Assembly: GCA_013239625.1 (NCBI GenBank)
Contig: MU054187.1
Location: 24,368,433 to 24,432,432, forward strand
Direction: 5' to 3'
DNA from: Lama guanicoe
Taxonomy: Eukaryota
Length of the DNA stretch: 64,000 bases
In this document: one piece after another, positions 1-13,100 of the stretch
Numbering within the stretch: position 1 is the first letter of the stretch
Layout of the letters: the number at the start of each line of letters is the position of its first letter
The notes under the pieces: model-generated
What the model was told of the DNA's origin: nothing
Databases searched by the model: none
What the model saw: only the letters and a program-made list of their open reading frames with translations
Translations under genes and position numbers: made by a program

Positions 1-1074
1 ATATAAAATGGAGTGTTCCCAGTTCACTCTGCCATATTGACCTGAAGTCTATTTTAGAAATTATCTTCCATAAACCTTTATATTTCCATAACAAAAAGTA
101 GATTCTTTTATAATATATTTATAGGGAGAAGAGATAATTAAGTCAAAACAGATTTTGTAATTAAAATATATGTTATGAAAGTCAAGAGATACAAGGCAAA
201 AGACAGTATGTTTTATATGAATATGGAAGTTTAAGTTGTCCTAATTTTACATAACTGTTTAAACAACCAATAAACGATGAACAAAGTGAAGACAGAGAAT
301 GTTAAAGCTTTCTAGAAAAGGGTAGAGTGTCTTTTTTTCCATCTTTTTTTTTTTCTTTTGCTGGAGGAACAATGTTAAAGCTTTGTTGCAGCTATGATCA
401 TCATTCCATCCTTATTTCGTTACTTATTCTTATAAGAAGTAAAACTTTTGAGTATGATTTGTAGATATCAAGGCCTACGCTTGAAGACTGATGTTCAAGA
501 ATGAGAAAGGAGTTAGAGATTCTGCACCCCATCTCACTTCTGCTGTATTTCCATCTAACACTTGGGGCTTAAGCGAAGACGTGACACAAAGTGGCATTGT
601 TTGAGAGGTGCCAAAAGCTTTGCCTACTCCCAGCTCTTCCTGTTCAACCTAAAATTCTAAAAAATCATCTTAAGAGCCACCCTTCAGGTTTTAATCATTT
701 TGTTTCAAAAAATATATATATGTACAAGACAACATAGCACATATTCTATGTATTAATGCACATAATGTAACTCATCAATCATGTAACATGTTGTACTTAT
801 TCTCATTTGGGTTGAATTAATGAATTCCTTTTGTTGTTCTAAAGTTCCTTACTGAAAACAACTGAGCTGGAGCCCACTATGATAGTCAAAGTGAAGAATC
901 AACTTACATCTGAGGGGTATATTTACTAAAATCAAAGACCCAAAACAAGAGTGTGTTTCTGGTGGTCTCCAAACTGAGGTTACCTAAATGAGATTTACCC
1001 TTTTTGATTCTAGCATCTAGAATAAACTTCTAGATGTCTCAACAATGGTGATGATTATGATGATGATACTAAGA

Positions 1075-1285
1075 GTCATTTATGTGCAAGCACTTTGTAT
1101 AAACAGCTGCACTTATATTCATCACATTCGTATGAGATAGGTAACTGTTATAAGTCCATTTCACAGATGAAGAAACTGAGACCATGATAAAATAAGTAAC
1201 TGGTACAATGTCACACATGAAAATTTGGTAGTGCTGGAATTCAGGCTGCTTGATTTCAAAACTATGCATTAAACTATTAAACTAA
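1075..1285 (-). mobile_element. MIR SINE fragment
   Basis: Contains CCATTTCACAGATGAAGAAACTGAG, the reverse complement of the MIR core, plus flanking MIR-like segments. Confidence 0.8.
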
Positions 1286-2834
1286 GTTGCCTCCCTGCTC
1301 TGAAATGTTCACACAGCATCTATACCTCCCCTTGTTCCATTCTCAAAAGGCTTCCAAGAACATATACCATTCCTTTGTTTTCCCTATACCAAATATATAA
1401 GGTGCAGCAAGACCTGTACTGTATAATTCTCACATACACTGAAACACTGGTACAATTGAACACCTACTTTAATCATTGCCAGCACCCTTTCAGGAATATT
1501 GTTCAGTATGAAAGGTAATATTGAGATCAACATTGTCACTCGGTCTGAAATAGCCGATTTTGTAGCAATCGTAATCATGAGCAGTTGGTGGCTGTTTTTG
1601 GATCTTCTTCAGCATACAGTGCCCCATGAGAGTGTCAATTCTTCATCTATTGCTTACTTTAGATAGCAGTCAGGGAGGACTTGGATGGTGTAAGAGTGTC
1701 TAGTGTTTTCTTGGCATTTAGCAAGTAGAAAAAAAATGTCATCACATTTCTTGACAATACCAATTTTATCATCTTTAAAAAACTGAGATAGTCCTTGCAT
1801 ATTGTTGAGACCACGTTTGAAAAGAATCTCCAGCATGCTCAGTTTAAAGAAAAAATACATCTTTTTTTAGCTGTTATGTAAAAGACATATTGAATGAAAG
1901 AAGATGATTTTGTCATTTTTACATATACTGTCTTTTGCTTCTTTCCCAAGTATGTTAGCTGGAATAAACAATAAAAATATTTAAAAAATAAACACTTCAG
2001 AAAAGAGTTGATTTCTAGCACTACAATGACCTACAGTTAGGACCCACCGCATTCTTACCTCTCTTCCCAGTGATCTACTTAGCTTGGCTTCTGTTACATT
2101 TTTAGCCCACTGATTACCTAGCATATTTCTGAACAGAAATGTCCATGTATATAAATATTTGGATTTCTTTTACTTCCATAAATTTTATTACATAAATATT
2201 TAAAGTAAATTCTCTCTCTTAGCTTTTCTCCAGAAAATGTTTTTAAATATTCAAAATAATACTTTATTCATAATCTTATATTAGAACCTAATGACACTAA
2301 ATTATATTTTCTCTTATGGATAAAAGGCAGGATTTTTTCCTTTTAGCATGTACCAACAAACAAAGGTGTCAAGTGTCAATAAAATGTTATAACCCTTCAT
2401 ACAGTAATTTACTCTCACGGTATATTTGTTAGATTGGTAGAGATTAAAGAATTTTTTAAGAGAAAGTCTTATTTTCAAAAGATAGCATTATCACATAAAA
2501 TGCTTCAGTGAACTAGTGCTCTGTAGTTCAGCGATGGCCATAAGACTGCTGGAACACTTGTTAAAAATTAGAGACAAGCAGCAAGTTTTTGCTAAGGGAA
2601 GACAGCAACTGTTCAATGAGATAGATGCTTTCACAGAAACAGAAACTTCAATTAGTCAATCCATCTCTTCTAATAAATTTATTCCAGTCCAAATGAATTG
2701 TTTTGTCAGGTTTTCTTTGGATATTTGGAGGAATTAGAATACTTTCAGGAATTATGCTATAATAGGAGAAGAGGGGGAACATTGACTAAGGTATAGCACA
2801 CGACCTTCTTACTCTAACACACTCATAGTCCTCC

Positions 2835-3361
2835 TGCTACTGAGTCCAAACTTGTTCTGCTCACCACACAACTGGCCAATAAATCGGGAGACGAGGTGTT
2901 AGGGCAGGGAATAGCGATTTTAGTCAGAAAGCCAGCAAACCGAGGGGATGGCACAGTAATGTCTTGGAAAACCATCCAACTGCTGTTAGAATACAGGCTC
3001 CTTTTATACAAAAAAAAGGGGGGGAGTGGGCGTGGTTCATTGTTGCAAATTTCTCGCTGCAGGAATTCTTTATTCTTGCAGCCGTTCATGTGGGTCAGGC
3101 CATGGTGTCCCTGTAAACCTCCAACAAAACAAAGGTTTTTCTCTATTTTGCAACTTGCCATCTCTACCTAAGGGCAGAAGTGCTAACATCCTTAAAGGTC
3201 AGAGCCTGGAGAACAGGCTCTCCTGTATATTTCAGGGTAAAGGCAACATTGTGTCACAAAAGGTGCAGAGCCGGCAAGACTGAGCCTAGAAAGCAGGGCA
3301 CAGTGGTTAAAACTAAAGGAACAGAGCCAGCATAGAGCCAGATTTGTCCTCCTCTATTACA
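2835..3361 (-). mobile_element. ERV1-class solo LTR (~527 bp) with 4-bp TSD
   Basis: TG...CA termini (TGCTAC at 2835, TATTACA ending 3361) flanked by identical CTCC at 2831-2834 and 3362-3365; orientation inferred from a degenerate reverse polyA signal near 2915. Confidence 0.8.
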
Positions 3362-6300
3362 CTCCCTCTGAACACACAAGCACACCCTCAACTGTCCCAC
3401 CACTGAATCTAAGTCTAAAACTCAACTAACAATCAAATATGTGCATGTGTCTCACAGCTGGTCTTTGATAATCAGTATAAAACTATAAAATAAATAAAAT
3501 GTTCAATGTTAGAGGTAATTCAAAATGTAAGCAGTGAAGAAATATAATGCCTGACACATTGCTAACTATACAAATCATTCACAGATTTGGGAAACAGAGT
3601 TCAATGACTAGGAAATCTATAAATGACTCATGATGCTGTAATTTGTACAAGGGAACAGTAACCTTGAAATGATGCAAAATAATCAGCCTACAGCCCTTGT
3701 GATGTCTGTTCCTTTACAAAAAAAATGTGTAAGAACTCAGAGAATTATTTTGATGTCCATTTATCTCATCTATGATGCAATGCAGATGGTTACTAAGCAG
3801 TAAAATTATCTTCCCAAGAATGAGTTGCACAGATTGTCTTATCTGCTCCTGCCGTCTGGGTTGTCTGTTCTCAAAAAAATACTCTATATTCTGGCTGAGA
3901 AGAAAATTGCCACTTTTTAAGGTAAATTGGATGGAATAGTTTACAGAAAGAATAGATTCTTTAGGACACTCATTCACTTAACAAAAGCAAAAATTGCATG
4001 TTTTCAAGAAATAGCAGTTGAAGGTGAAATGTTTGGGAATCTTCGGGAGCTATCGCCTAAAACAAATGACATTACTGACTCTTGAGGAATGTGTCTGATC
4101 CTATATAGTACAAACTGAAGCATCTATTTTGCCATTGTCCACTAATTTGATCATGAGACCATATCGTGATACCCATAACAATCAAACCTGGAACTCATGT
4201 TTTTATTCTTGGCAGTGACTCAGATGTTAGAACTGAGAACATTCTGGATGATGCCAAGCTGTATCTTTATACGACACACATACACTTCAACATATTTTTT
4301 TCTTTTAAATCACTCACAGACTTTTTAATTTATTTTAATTTTACATTTTGAAAAATTAAGAAAGTCGCCTGTTGGGTGTTCCATTACAAAGAAGAAACAA
4401 GTAGCTGATGCTCTGAAGTGGCATAGGAAAAGAGAGAAAAGGCTTGAGAGTCAAACTTGGGTTCTAACCATGGCTCTGTGACTTCTCACACAAGTCCTTT
4501 AATTTCATTGAAATTATTTTCTTATAGGTGAAATGGCAATACTAACACATGCCTTACAGGATTCAACCAGATATAAAGGGAAAATGTTCAGTAGCGGCAT
4601 TGATCTAAGTTTTGCTTGATGGCAAATCGTTGGCTTTGCTTTGCTGTGTTCATGGAACTGATTTTGATTGACTTCAGGAAATCAACCAAATCAATCCCTG
4701 AGATCTGTATTAACACACATTCCTTAGTCCCAGTTTTCTCCTTTGTAGACTGATTTAATATATGAAGGTGAGTAGGACCAAAACCCAGATATATATATTG
4801 AATTCTAAAGGTTTCTATTAATGTTAGTATCACTCAATGAGTTGTCAGAGACAAGGGGTACTCAGCAGACACCAAGAAGAGAACTAGCTTGTCTCTTACA
4901 AGCTGCAGTATTACATATTAGAGCCTCATTGTAGCCACATGACCAATGTTACAAATTCCAACCAGGCAAGAAAGTCAGGGAACAGGCTAGATAAAAGGGT
5001 AATTACAATTTCATTCTGGGAATAACACTAATTTGAAATTAATGACTAGCCTGAAAGTAAACTCTAAAAGCAACAAAAAAATCACTGTAAGTCTGAAATA
5101 ATTCTTTAACATATACTTTAAAAAATAATTTTAGCCATATCAATTTAGATTAGATTGGACAATAGAAAAGCCAGCTTTATTCTTACAGAGAAGCAAGCCA
5201 GGCTAAAAAAGTACATTTTACCTAATTTAGTTATATTTAGGGAATACAATTAAAGTATCTGAAAATTAATAAACGTCTGCTTGGATTTCAGGATTGTGCA
5301 CAGAAACTTGTGAGATTTAATCCTGTTGCCAACTAAAATATCAGATTTCAAAATAAACATGTTAAAAATAAAATGGCTCTTTCAAAATAGTCAGCATAAA
5401 AAACTATTTGTATACAATCAAGAGAAGTAATGATGCAAGAAATTGCTTTGTAAATCAATCAGCCTCTATACTTGTTACATTAAAGAATATACTGGGATAT
5501 CATTTTAGCAGCATTGTCAAAGCTTCCCAGGTTTTATTTCATTCCAAAGACTTTAGCAGAACTCAGCACTTTAGAAACAAAGGAAAAAGGAAAAGCAGAT
5601 GTACATTTCCATGATATTTAATGCATAACATCATAGTTACAGCATATTAGTCATCGTGGCAATCAGCCTACAAAAAATATATTTAAAAAACCAAAAGGCA
5701 AGCTGAGTATTTCTGTTCAAGCCTCCCATACACCATATTATAAAGGCTTCAATGTTTGTAGTAAATATATTAACTTCATGTGCATTCATAGTTATATTAG
5801 GAGGGGTGCTGATGTGTTACTCAATTATCAAATACTTAACAATATACCCAACAAATGACTAAGCTATTTGAGTGGAAAAAAAAATTAGAATAGCAAGATT
5901 AACCTCATATTTCAGGAACCTAACAATTATATCCTTTTCTGTTATTTCTAATGAATTATCAGCATTCATTGACAAAATATATACACTTCATTGCATTAAT
6001 TTTTCAGAGAGTTGCATAAATATATCATGTCTAATATATACAATGAAATAAAAACTTAGAGAACTTATCAATGTATCTGGAAATGCAAAACCTGAAGAAA
6101 CAGTTGAATATCAGTATAACATAAGTATACACTCTAGAATTGAGACAGTACACTTAAAACCCCAGATCCATCACTTACTAGAAATGGTTAATCTCTCTAT
6201 TCCTTGATTTATTTTTCACCTACAAATAAAAAACGTAACATTGGAATGGAATGTCATTATGCCGTTATTTTCAAATATAACTATCTCCCTAGAAAATTAA

Positions 6301-6668
6301 AGCTGTAATGTTTATAAATAATGAGAGTTCAGTAAAGCAGCAACAACAACAAATAAATAAATAACTTTCCAATACAACAGAATGACCTTTTGGAAAAATA
6401 TAATGAAAAACACATATGAGCTCCAAGATATCAAATATCTAGGATAAGCTTTATTAGAGTTGTGCAAGACACAAATGAAAAATATCACCAAAATTTTCTA
6501 AGTGTATATATATATATATTTATACATGTGTGAAAGTAGACTTGAGAAAGTGGAAGGACGATGTTTCTTAATGAAAAAAAATTTAGTACTTCCCAAATTA
6601 AGTTTACATATTCAAGAATCCTAATAAAAAATTCAATACTCTTTTTGCATTTTGACAAGCTGATTTTA

Positions 6669-6872
6669 TTGTATTTATTTATTTTTTTAAGTATAGGGTA
6701 GCTTTTTTTTAAAGTAGCTTTATGTTTTGTTCATTATTGTATTATTTAATTATTTTATCTTGGTGGGGGGAGGTAACTAGGTTTATTTATTTTTAGAGGA
6801 GGGACTGGGGATTGAACCCAGGACCTCATGCATGCTAAGCAAGCACTCTACCACTTGAGCTATACCCTCCCC
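6669..6872 (-). mobile_element. tRNA-Ala-derived SINE (camelid vic-1-like)
   Basis: Minus strand reads GGGGAGGGTATAGCTCAAGTGGTAGAG...GGTTCAATCCCCAG (A and B boxes) followed by an A-rich tail; TSD ACAAGCTGATTTTA at 6655-6668 and 6878-6891. Confidence 0.9.
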
Positions 6873-6924
6873 ACTTAACAAGCTGATTTTAATGTTCATG
6901 TGCAGAAAAAAATGCAAAAGGCAA

Positions 6925-7365
6925 CTGACCAAGACCACATCAGCGTTCCCCTTGGCCTACACAGGTTTTTTTCTGACTGTAGACCTTTGACTTTCCTTCT
7001 CTTTGAGCATTTACTTTGGAAAATTTATGATTATAAATTCTTACTTTGCCCTTTGAGATGTGAATAATCTTCCCCTAGCCTCTTGCCAATTTCATAACCC
7101 AAGAAAGTCTTTTTCAAGAACCTAGGAGCCATCACTTTGAACCCTGATTGTCAAGGAAGAGAGCAATCCTCTATCCCAGTCCCTGTGGGAGGGTGGGCAC
7201 CTGACTTTGATAAGCACCAATTAGCAAATACAGATGGCCTAATCAAACTGACCAACCTCCCCTTAATATACTGTAGTAATTTTCACTAGTTCACCCCAGA
7301 ACTTACAAATACTCCCAACTTTTGTTTCAGCAAAGTTGATTCAATCCCTCTCCCCTATTGCAATG
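6925..7365 (+). mobile_element. ERV1 LTR fragment, MER34-like
   Basis: Segments such as CCTCTTGCCAATTTCATAACCCAAGAAAGTCTT and GCACCAATTAGCAAATACAGATGGCCTAATCA resemble MER34-family LTRs (from memory). Confidence 0.6.
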
Positions 7366-7369
7366 GATA

Positions 7370-7550
7370 CATCAATTTTCTAAGGAGTTCAAAACTTAGA
7401 ATCTCCTGGATAGCTTGTTAAATCCCAGACTGCTGGGCTTTATCTTCAGCCTCTAATTTAGTAGGTCTAGAAGGGGCCAAACATTTGCCTTTCTAGCTTG
7501 TTCCCATATGCCACTGATGCTGCTGAGGCCCACACTTTGAGAAACAATTA
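7370..7550. mobile_element. MER5A-like hAT-Charlie MITE
   Basis: AGAATCTCCTGGATAGCTTGTTAAATCCCAGACTGCTGGG...GTAGGTCT...CACACTTTGAGAAAC. Confidence 0.7.
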
Positions 7551-7761
7551 TCTAAGGCCTTTTCACACCACCACTGGATTTACATGGTGGATCCTGTTGA
7601 GTGTCTGATGAAATGTGTCCTGCAAATTATTGTAATGAGAAGGAGCAATGGTTTCTTCTCTGCTGTTGGTGCACGGCCAGAGAGACATTGGCAAACGTGG
7701 ACTTAGATTTCAAAAAACTCTGTGATCTTGGGTTATTTTTTTGTTGTGTTCTATATTGATA

Positions 7762-8106
7762 TCCAAGGGTGGCAACTTTGGTTCCTTCTGAAGGTTCTGA
7801 GGGAAAATCTGTTCCATGTCTCTCTCCTGGTTTCTGGGGGTTTTCAGCAATTCTTGTCTCTTCTTGGCTTGTAGGTGCATCATTCCAATCTCTGATGACC
7901 TCCACCATCACAGAGTTCTCCCTGTGTGTTTCTGTGTTTCTCTTCTTCCTGTAAGGAAACCAGTGATTGGATTTAGGGCTCAACCTAATCCAGTATGACC
8001 TCATCTGAACTAAAGCCTGCCAAGACCTTGTTTCCAAAAGAGGACATATTCTGAGGTTCTGTGCGGACATGAATATTTGGGGAGGGGCACTATTCAACCC
8101 AGTGCA
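7762..8106 (-). mobile_element. MaLR MLT1-family LTR
   Basis: GGTTCCTTCTGAAGGTTCTGAGGGAAAATCTGTTCCATG...ATCCAGTATGACCTCATC...CACTATTCAACCCAGTGCA. Confidence 0.8.
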
Positions 8107-8749
8107 CGCTCTTACTCAGAGCTTCTTAAGTGCTCTAACATAGTTACAACTGACAAAATATGGCTTATGGTTCTTTCTCAGCCCTTAAGATGGCTGAGAG
8201 GAGCACAGTGTACCCAGAATCCACAGCTTTTGAGACTACATAAAGCCTCATCCAAGTACCCCATGTGCCAAACATTGTCATTTTCTATCCATGCCACAAC
8301 ACGAAAAATAGTGGAAAGCACTCTAACCAACCCAGCTAAAAAATACAAATGAAGTAAGGCCATAATTTCATGCTCCTCCTTCTCCACAGTCAGCGTATTA
8401 TGCCAAGTTCTCCTAGGAAGTATGGAATCCGTAGAAAAGTAAGTTAGTTCTTCTCTACTCCTTGTGTGGAGAAAATTAAATGGCCTTACTCCAAAACTGT
8501 TCCATTGGAATTTTCTAATCCTCAACAACTTTGAGGCTTCATGAGTTACATTTCAATAACGGGCATTCTTTCAGGAAACATTTATTAAATGGCTACAATG
8601 TGTCAGGCCAAGAATGCAAAGACACTAAATAAGAGATAGACCTTTAGGAGTTTAAAATCCATTGGGGGGAACAACTCAAAAGTGGTAATTACAAAACAAT
8701 ATATTGAATACAGATATAGAGATATAGAAGAGGAACTCATCCTTATAAA

Positions 8750-8910
8750 ATGTGTTCACATGCATCTCACTTATTTCCCTAATACCTTGTGAGGTAAACA
8801 GAGGAGTTGTTAATCCCATCTCAAAGATGAGGAAACTGAGACTCAGAGAGGTTATGTAATATATCCATGTGCATATACGTAGAAGCACCTAAGGCAGGCA
8901 TACAGGTTCT
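8750..8910 (-). mobile_element. MIR SINE fragment
   Basis: ATCCCATCTCAAAGATGAGGAAACTGAGACTCAGAGAGGTTATGTAA. Confidence 0.8.
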
Positions 8911-9494
8911 AGCTCCTTTTTCATTGCGTGCTTTACTAACATCAGTTGTCTGCCTCCCACAGAGGACTCGGGAAGTGACAGCAGGGCTCTTTTTTCCTCT
9001 GTATGGACAGAGAGAGGAGGAGAGGAAACCCATCAGGCCAGAGACTCGTGTGCACTGCTAGAAAGTATAAGCTTAAAAGCCATAAATTTATGACAGACAT
9101 AAATAAATAGCCAAGTTTCTAAGAACATTAACTTGTCCGCTCAGCAGGAATACAGTACCCTCTTTCAAATGACTGGAAAGTCAGCTGGAGAAACCCTGTC
9201 TCATGCATGAGGACTTTTTAGTACTTTCAGACTTACATCTGTCATTCATCAGGTTCAAAACCAAGAACATTACAACTCTGGGGATCAGCAAACAAAAATT
9301 CCAGGCATGGAGAGAACCTGAACCCAAGTCCAAGCTCACAGTCCCAAGTTCCTATGAGGCGAGTGGTGAAGTCAGACCACACATACAACAAAAGACAGGG
9401 ACAGTCATAAGACTGCAACAATTTAAGTCTCATCTTTCTTCAACAATTTAAGAAAAATAATTTAATCTCTAGACATACAAAGGAATTTTGTTCT

Positions 9495-9520
9495 TGTGTG
9501 TGTGTGTGTGTGTGTGTGTG
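9495..9520. repeat. (TG)n microsatellite
   Basis: About 13 TG units. Confidence 0.95.
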
Positions 9521-10811
9521 CATTTTCCCTCTTAAACTAAAACTAAACATGAGAGATTATGAAAACAAGAAAACATAAAGAAGTTGCGTCATTGCTGTTG
9601 ATAAACATTGTTTTTCATTATCTAGTGTTAATAAGACATGATTATATTCTTATACGAAACCATTAAAATAAAAGCAGACATATTCAGAAATAAATCCAGA
9701 GGTCCTTAGCACTTCACACCCACAAGTGCAAGGTCTCTCCCTCTCCACTGCCCGTGACTTTGTGCTCAACCTCCTTTTCTATTCCTATGCAACACATTTG
9801 CATACCTATGTGTGTGCTTATACATATGCACCTTTGGAGTTTTTTTCATAAATAAATTATTTTTACAGGTTGCTCTGCAGCTTGTGGTTTTCAATTTAAC
9901 GATGTCTTGAAGCTCTGTTGGCGCATACAGAGCAACCTCATTCTTTTGTAAGGCCTGCTTATTATTTCAAAATATATATGACTCATAATGTGTCTGCATA
10001 GTTATTCTGGTCGCTTTGTGGTGCCACTGCAGTTTTTCCACAAAAAATCTGCCTTTTTTGGTGGGCTTCACTCTAGCTTTCTGTCTCATGATTGGCCTTT
10101 AAATAACTTAACATCAGTGTTTGACATTAGAAAAGCATTGCAGTAAGCCAGAATGGAAGTTTCTGTTCATTAATTTTATGTTAGTACAGAGCTGCACATT
10201 TATAAGACTGAAATCTGTGACACCTGGAAAATAAAGCCAATTAAAAATCCATATGTTTTAATATGATTGGTTCTTAATTTTCAATTAGATTTGCACATAT
10301 AAAGAAAAAAATGATATAATGGTCTACTCTCCTTGAAATAGCATTTATAAATTAGCATTGAGAGTTTCATTGCTAAAGGTTACAGAGTATTTTATCTTAA
10401 CCATGATAAACAATAAATTTTCCCTCGGGTCTAAATTTTCACATTTTATGAAGTTCTTAAGCACTCTCTCGTAGCCAAACAGCCTTATTTTGGTTTCCTT
10501 TTGAGAAATTATTTCAGGATCATCTTTGTTTTCAGGTATTTGTCCTCAGAGGGAGATGGCCCACCAGCCCTAGGAAATTGTTATCATTTGAAGTTAACAT
10601 ACAAAAGTCACTAACTAGGAATAAGTTAATGAATCACACCCAAACCCCTGTGTCACTCTCTTTCCAGACCACAGTTTACTCTCAAATCTCATCCAAACCA
10701 AAAAGTAGTATAATTCTGCATTAAAGAAATCTTTAAAATTATACTCAGAGAAACAGAGCAGTGCATTGAGGACAAGAGAGAGTTGGTAGACAGTGTACTC
10801 AGTGACACTGA

Positions 10812-10928
10812 TGGGGAGGTAATTAGGTTTCTTCATTGATTTCCAGTTGGAGGAGGTACCGGAGATTGAACCTGGGACCTCTTGCGTGCTGAGCATGCAT
10901 TCTACCACTTGAGCTATACTCTTCCTCC
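10812..10928 (-). mobile_element. tRNA-Ala-derived SINE (vic-1-like), diverged
   Basis: GATTGAACCTGGGACCTCTTGCGTGCTGAGCATGCATTCTACCACTTGAGCTATAC, same family as 6669-6872. Confidence 0.85.
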
Positions 10929-11228
10929 TTTACTTTCTAAAAGTACACATGGAAGAAAAAAAAAAAACCCAGACCACAAGAGCAGATGAACTGATTACTT
11001 TATTGGCCAGGAACAAATGACCTAGGTTATAACTCTGCAGAGTAGGAAAGACATTAGAGATGAATCTTGTTTCACTGCCCTAACTCTAACTTTGCTAAGA
11101 ATCATACTGAAATAATAAACATACACATAAACTTTTGTTATGGTCATATTAATGGGAATCATAATACTGCTTTGTTGTTATTTTTCCCAGAAAAGCATAA
11201 CCAAGACTAGGAATCTAAATGTAGATCA

Positions 11229-11330
11229 TTTTTTCTCTCCCTTCCTCTATTCCTCCCTTCCCTCTCTCCCTCTCTTCCTTCCTCCCTCCCTTCCTTCCAT
11301 CTTCTCATTCTTCCTGCCACCTTTCCTGTT
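11229..11330. repeat. CT-rich low-complexity polypyrimidine tract
   Basis: Imperfect (CCTT/CCCT)n run. Confidence 0.85.
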
Positions 11331-11344
11331 TTAAACTCCTGCAG

Positions 11345-11555
11345 CACAGAATTTCTTAACCTCAACACTACGGACATTTGAGACAAAAGCATTCTCTCAT
11401 GTGGGAGCCTGTCCGGTGTATCAAAGGAAGCTTAGCAGTGTCCCTGGCAAGTGCCTACTGGTGCCAAGAGGGCCTTCTCAGTTTTGACAACAAAAATGTC
11501 TCCAGACATTGTCAGCTATCCCAGGAAAGTCACCCTAAGTTGAAATCCACAGTTT
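11345..11555. mobile_element. MER20-like hAT-Charlie MITE
   Basis: TTCTTAACCTCAACACTACGGACATTTG...AAAATGTCTCCAGACATTG...TTGAAATCCAC. Confidence 0.75.
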
Positions 11556-11587
11556 GTTAGATATTGCATTTACTACAGCAAATTCTT

Positions 11588-12279
11588 TTTTTAATTATTA
11601 TTTTTTTATTGAGTTATAGTCAGTTTACAATGTTGTGTCAATTTCTGGTGTACAGCACAATTCTTCAGTCATTCATGAATATACATATATTTATTTCCAT
11701 ATTTTTTCACTGTGAGCTACTACAAGATACTGAGTATATTTCCCTGTGCTATACAGCATAAACCTGTCTATCCATTTTATATATACCTGTCAGTATCTAC
11801 AAATTTCAAACTCCCAGTCTGTCCCTTCCCTCTTCCCTCCCAGTAACCACAAGTTTGCATTCTATGTCTGTGAGTCTGTTTCTGTTTTATATATGTTCAT
11901 TTGCCTTCTTCTTCTTCTTCTTCTTCTTCTTCTTCTTCTTCTTCTTCTTCTTCTTCTTCTTCTTCTTCTTCTTCTTCTTCTTCTTCTTCTTCTTCTTCTT
12001 CTTCTTCTTCTTCTTCTTCTTTCTTCTTCTCCTTCTTCTTCTTTTTAGATTCCACATATGAGTGAAAACTATGGTATTTTTCTTTCTCTTTCTGGCTTAC
12101 TTCACTTAGAATGATATTTCCCAGGAATATCCATGTTGCTGCAAATGGCATTATGTTGTCATTTTTATGGCTGAATGGTATTCCATTATATAAATACACC
12201 ACAACTTCATTATCTAGTCATCTGTCGATGGACATTTAGGCTGTTTCCATGTCTTGGCTATTGTGAATATTGCTGCTAG
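11588..12279 (-). mobile_element. Young 5'-truncated L1 (ORF2 C-terminus and 3'UTR)
   Basis: Poly-T at left; translation includes MPFAATW..LGNIILSEVSQKEK; TSD AGCAAATTCTT at 11577-11587 and 12280-12290; same 3'UTR as the L1 copies at 22585, 45229 and 49127. Confidence 0.92.
11905..12045. repeat. (CTT)n/(GAA)n trinucleotide microsatellite, 39 perfect units (11905-12021) plus degenerate end
   Basis: Read directly from the sequence. Confidence 0.97.
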
Positions 12280-12489
12280 AGCAAATTCTTAATTCGACCC
12301 ACTCTGTCCGCACAGCTTGCCAGCCCATGATCTGATGTCATTCACCACTGTAGCAGCTAGTAACTCCTCAGCCACTATTCTCAGCATCCAGTTCACTCCC
12401 AGGAGTAGGAATATAACAGAACTATTAATAATAAAAATAATTAACAGCCCCTGTTCTAAGAAATTTAATACATTTAATATAATCTGTTT

Positions 12490-12625
12490 CTGATTCAGTT
12501 TCCTCATATTTTAGGAAGAAATAATAATAGTAATTACCTAAAGGATCTTTGTGAGAACTCAATGAATTAATTCATCTAAAGCATTTAGTTGGGTCTGGCA
12601 CTTATTAAATGCTACCTAAGGTGCT
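12490..12625 (+). mobile_element. MIR fragment
   Basis: TCAGTTTCCTCATATTTTAGG...ATAATAATAG...TGTGAGAACTCAATGAATTAAT. Confidence 0.65.
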
Positions 12626-12894
12626 AATGAGTCTTATTTTTATTCTTTTTGCAATTGTTATCATCTTCTCATTTAAGCCTCTCAACTGTCCTAGCAAACA
12701 GAAAAGCTTGAAGGCAAATGTGAATCTACCTAATACCAGAGCCTGGGTTCACAAATATTAATGTTGCCTTAAAAGGAGAGGCACTGAAATGTCATATTAA
12801 GAGCTAGATCTGTAATTTAAAAAAATTTTTTAGGATACAGATTTTAATAAATAACAAGCAACAGGAAATAATAATTTTATAATTATAATTATAA

Positions 12895-13100
12895 AATAAT
12901 TTTGTAATAGTTTATTTTAATGTAATACATCAAAATATTATCATCTCAACACATAAGTATAAAAGCATTAGTGAGATAATTTATTTTTTGTGCTAAATCC
13001 TCAAAATCCAGTGCATATAGTTCATCTCAATCTGAACCATGCACATTTCAAGAGCTCAGCAGCCATACATGGCTGGGTTACTGTACTGAACAGTACGAGG
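12895..13100. mobile_element. MER33/MER3-like hAT-Charlie element
   Basis: CAAAATATTATCATCTCAACAC...CACATTTCAAGAGCTCAGCAGCCATACATGGCTG...GTACTGAACAG. Confidence 0.7.

Noticed and set aside
1384..1860. Protein-like ORFs on both strands with a possible minus-strand donor near 1657
   Set aside because: No recognisable homology, no convincing acceptor/donor pair, and ORF lengths within chance expectation; an ancient repeat or conserved element cannot be excluded without a search
11746..12202. ORFs with poly-Leu, poly-Phe and poly-Glu runs
   Set aside because: They are translations of the (CTT)n microsatellite inside an L1 3'UTR
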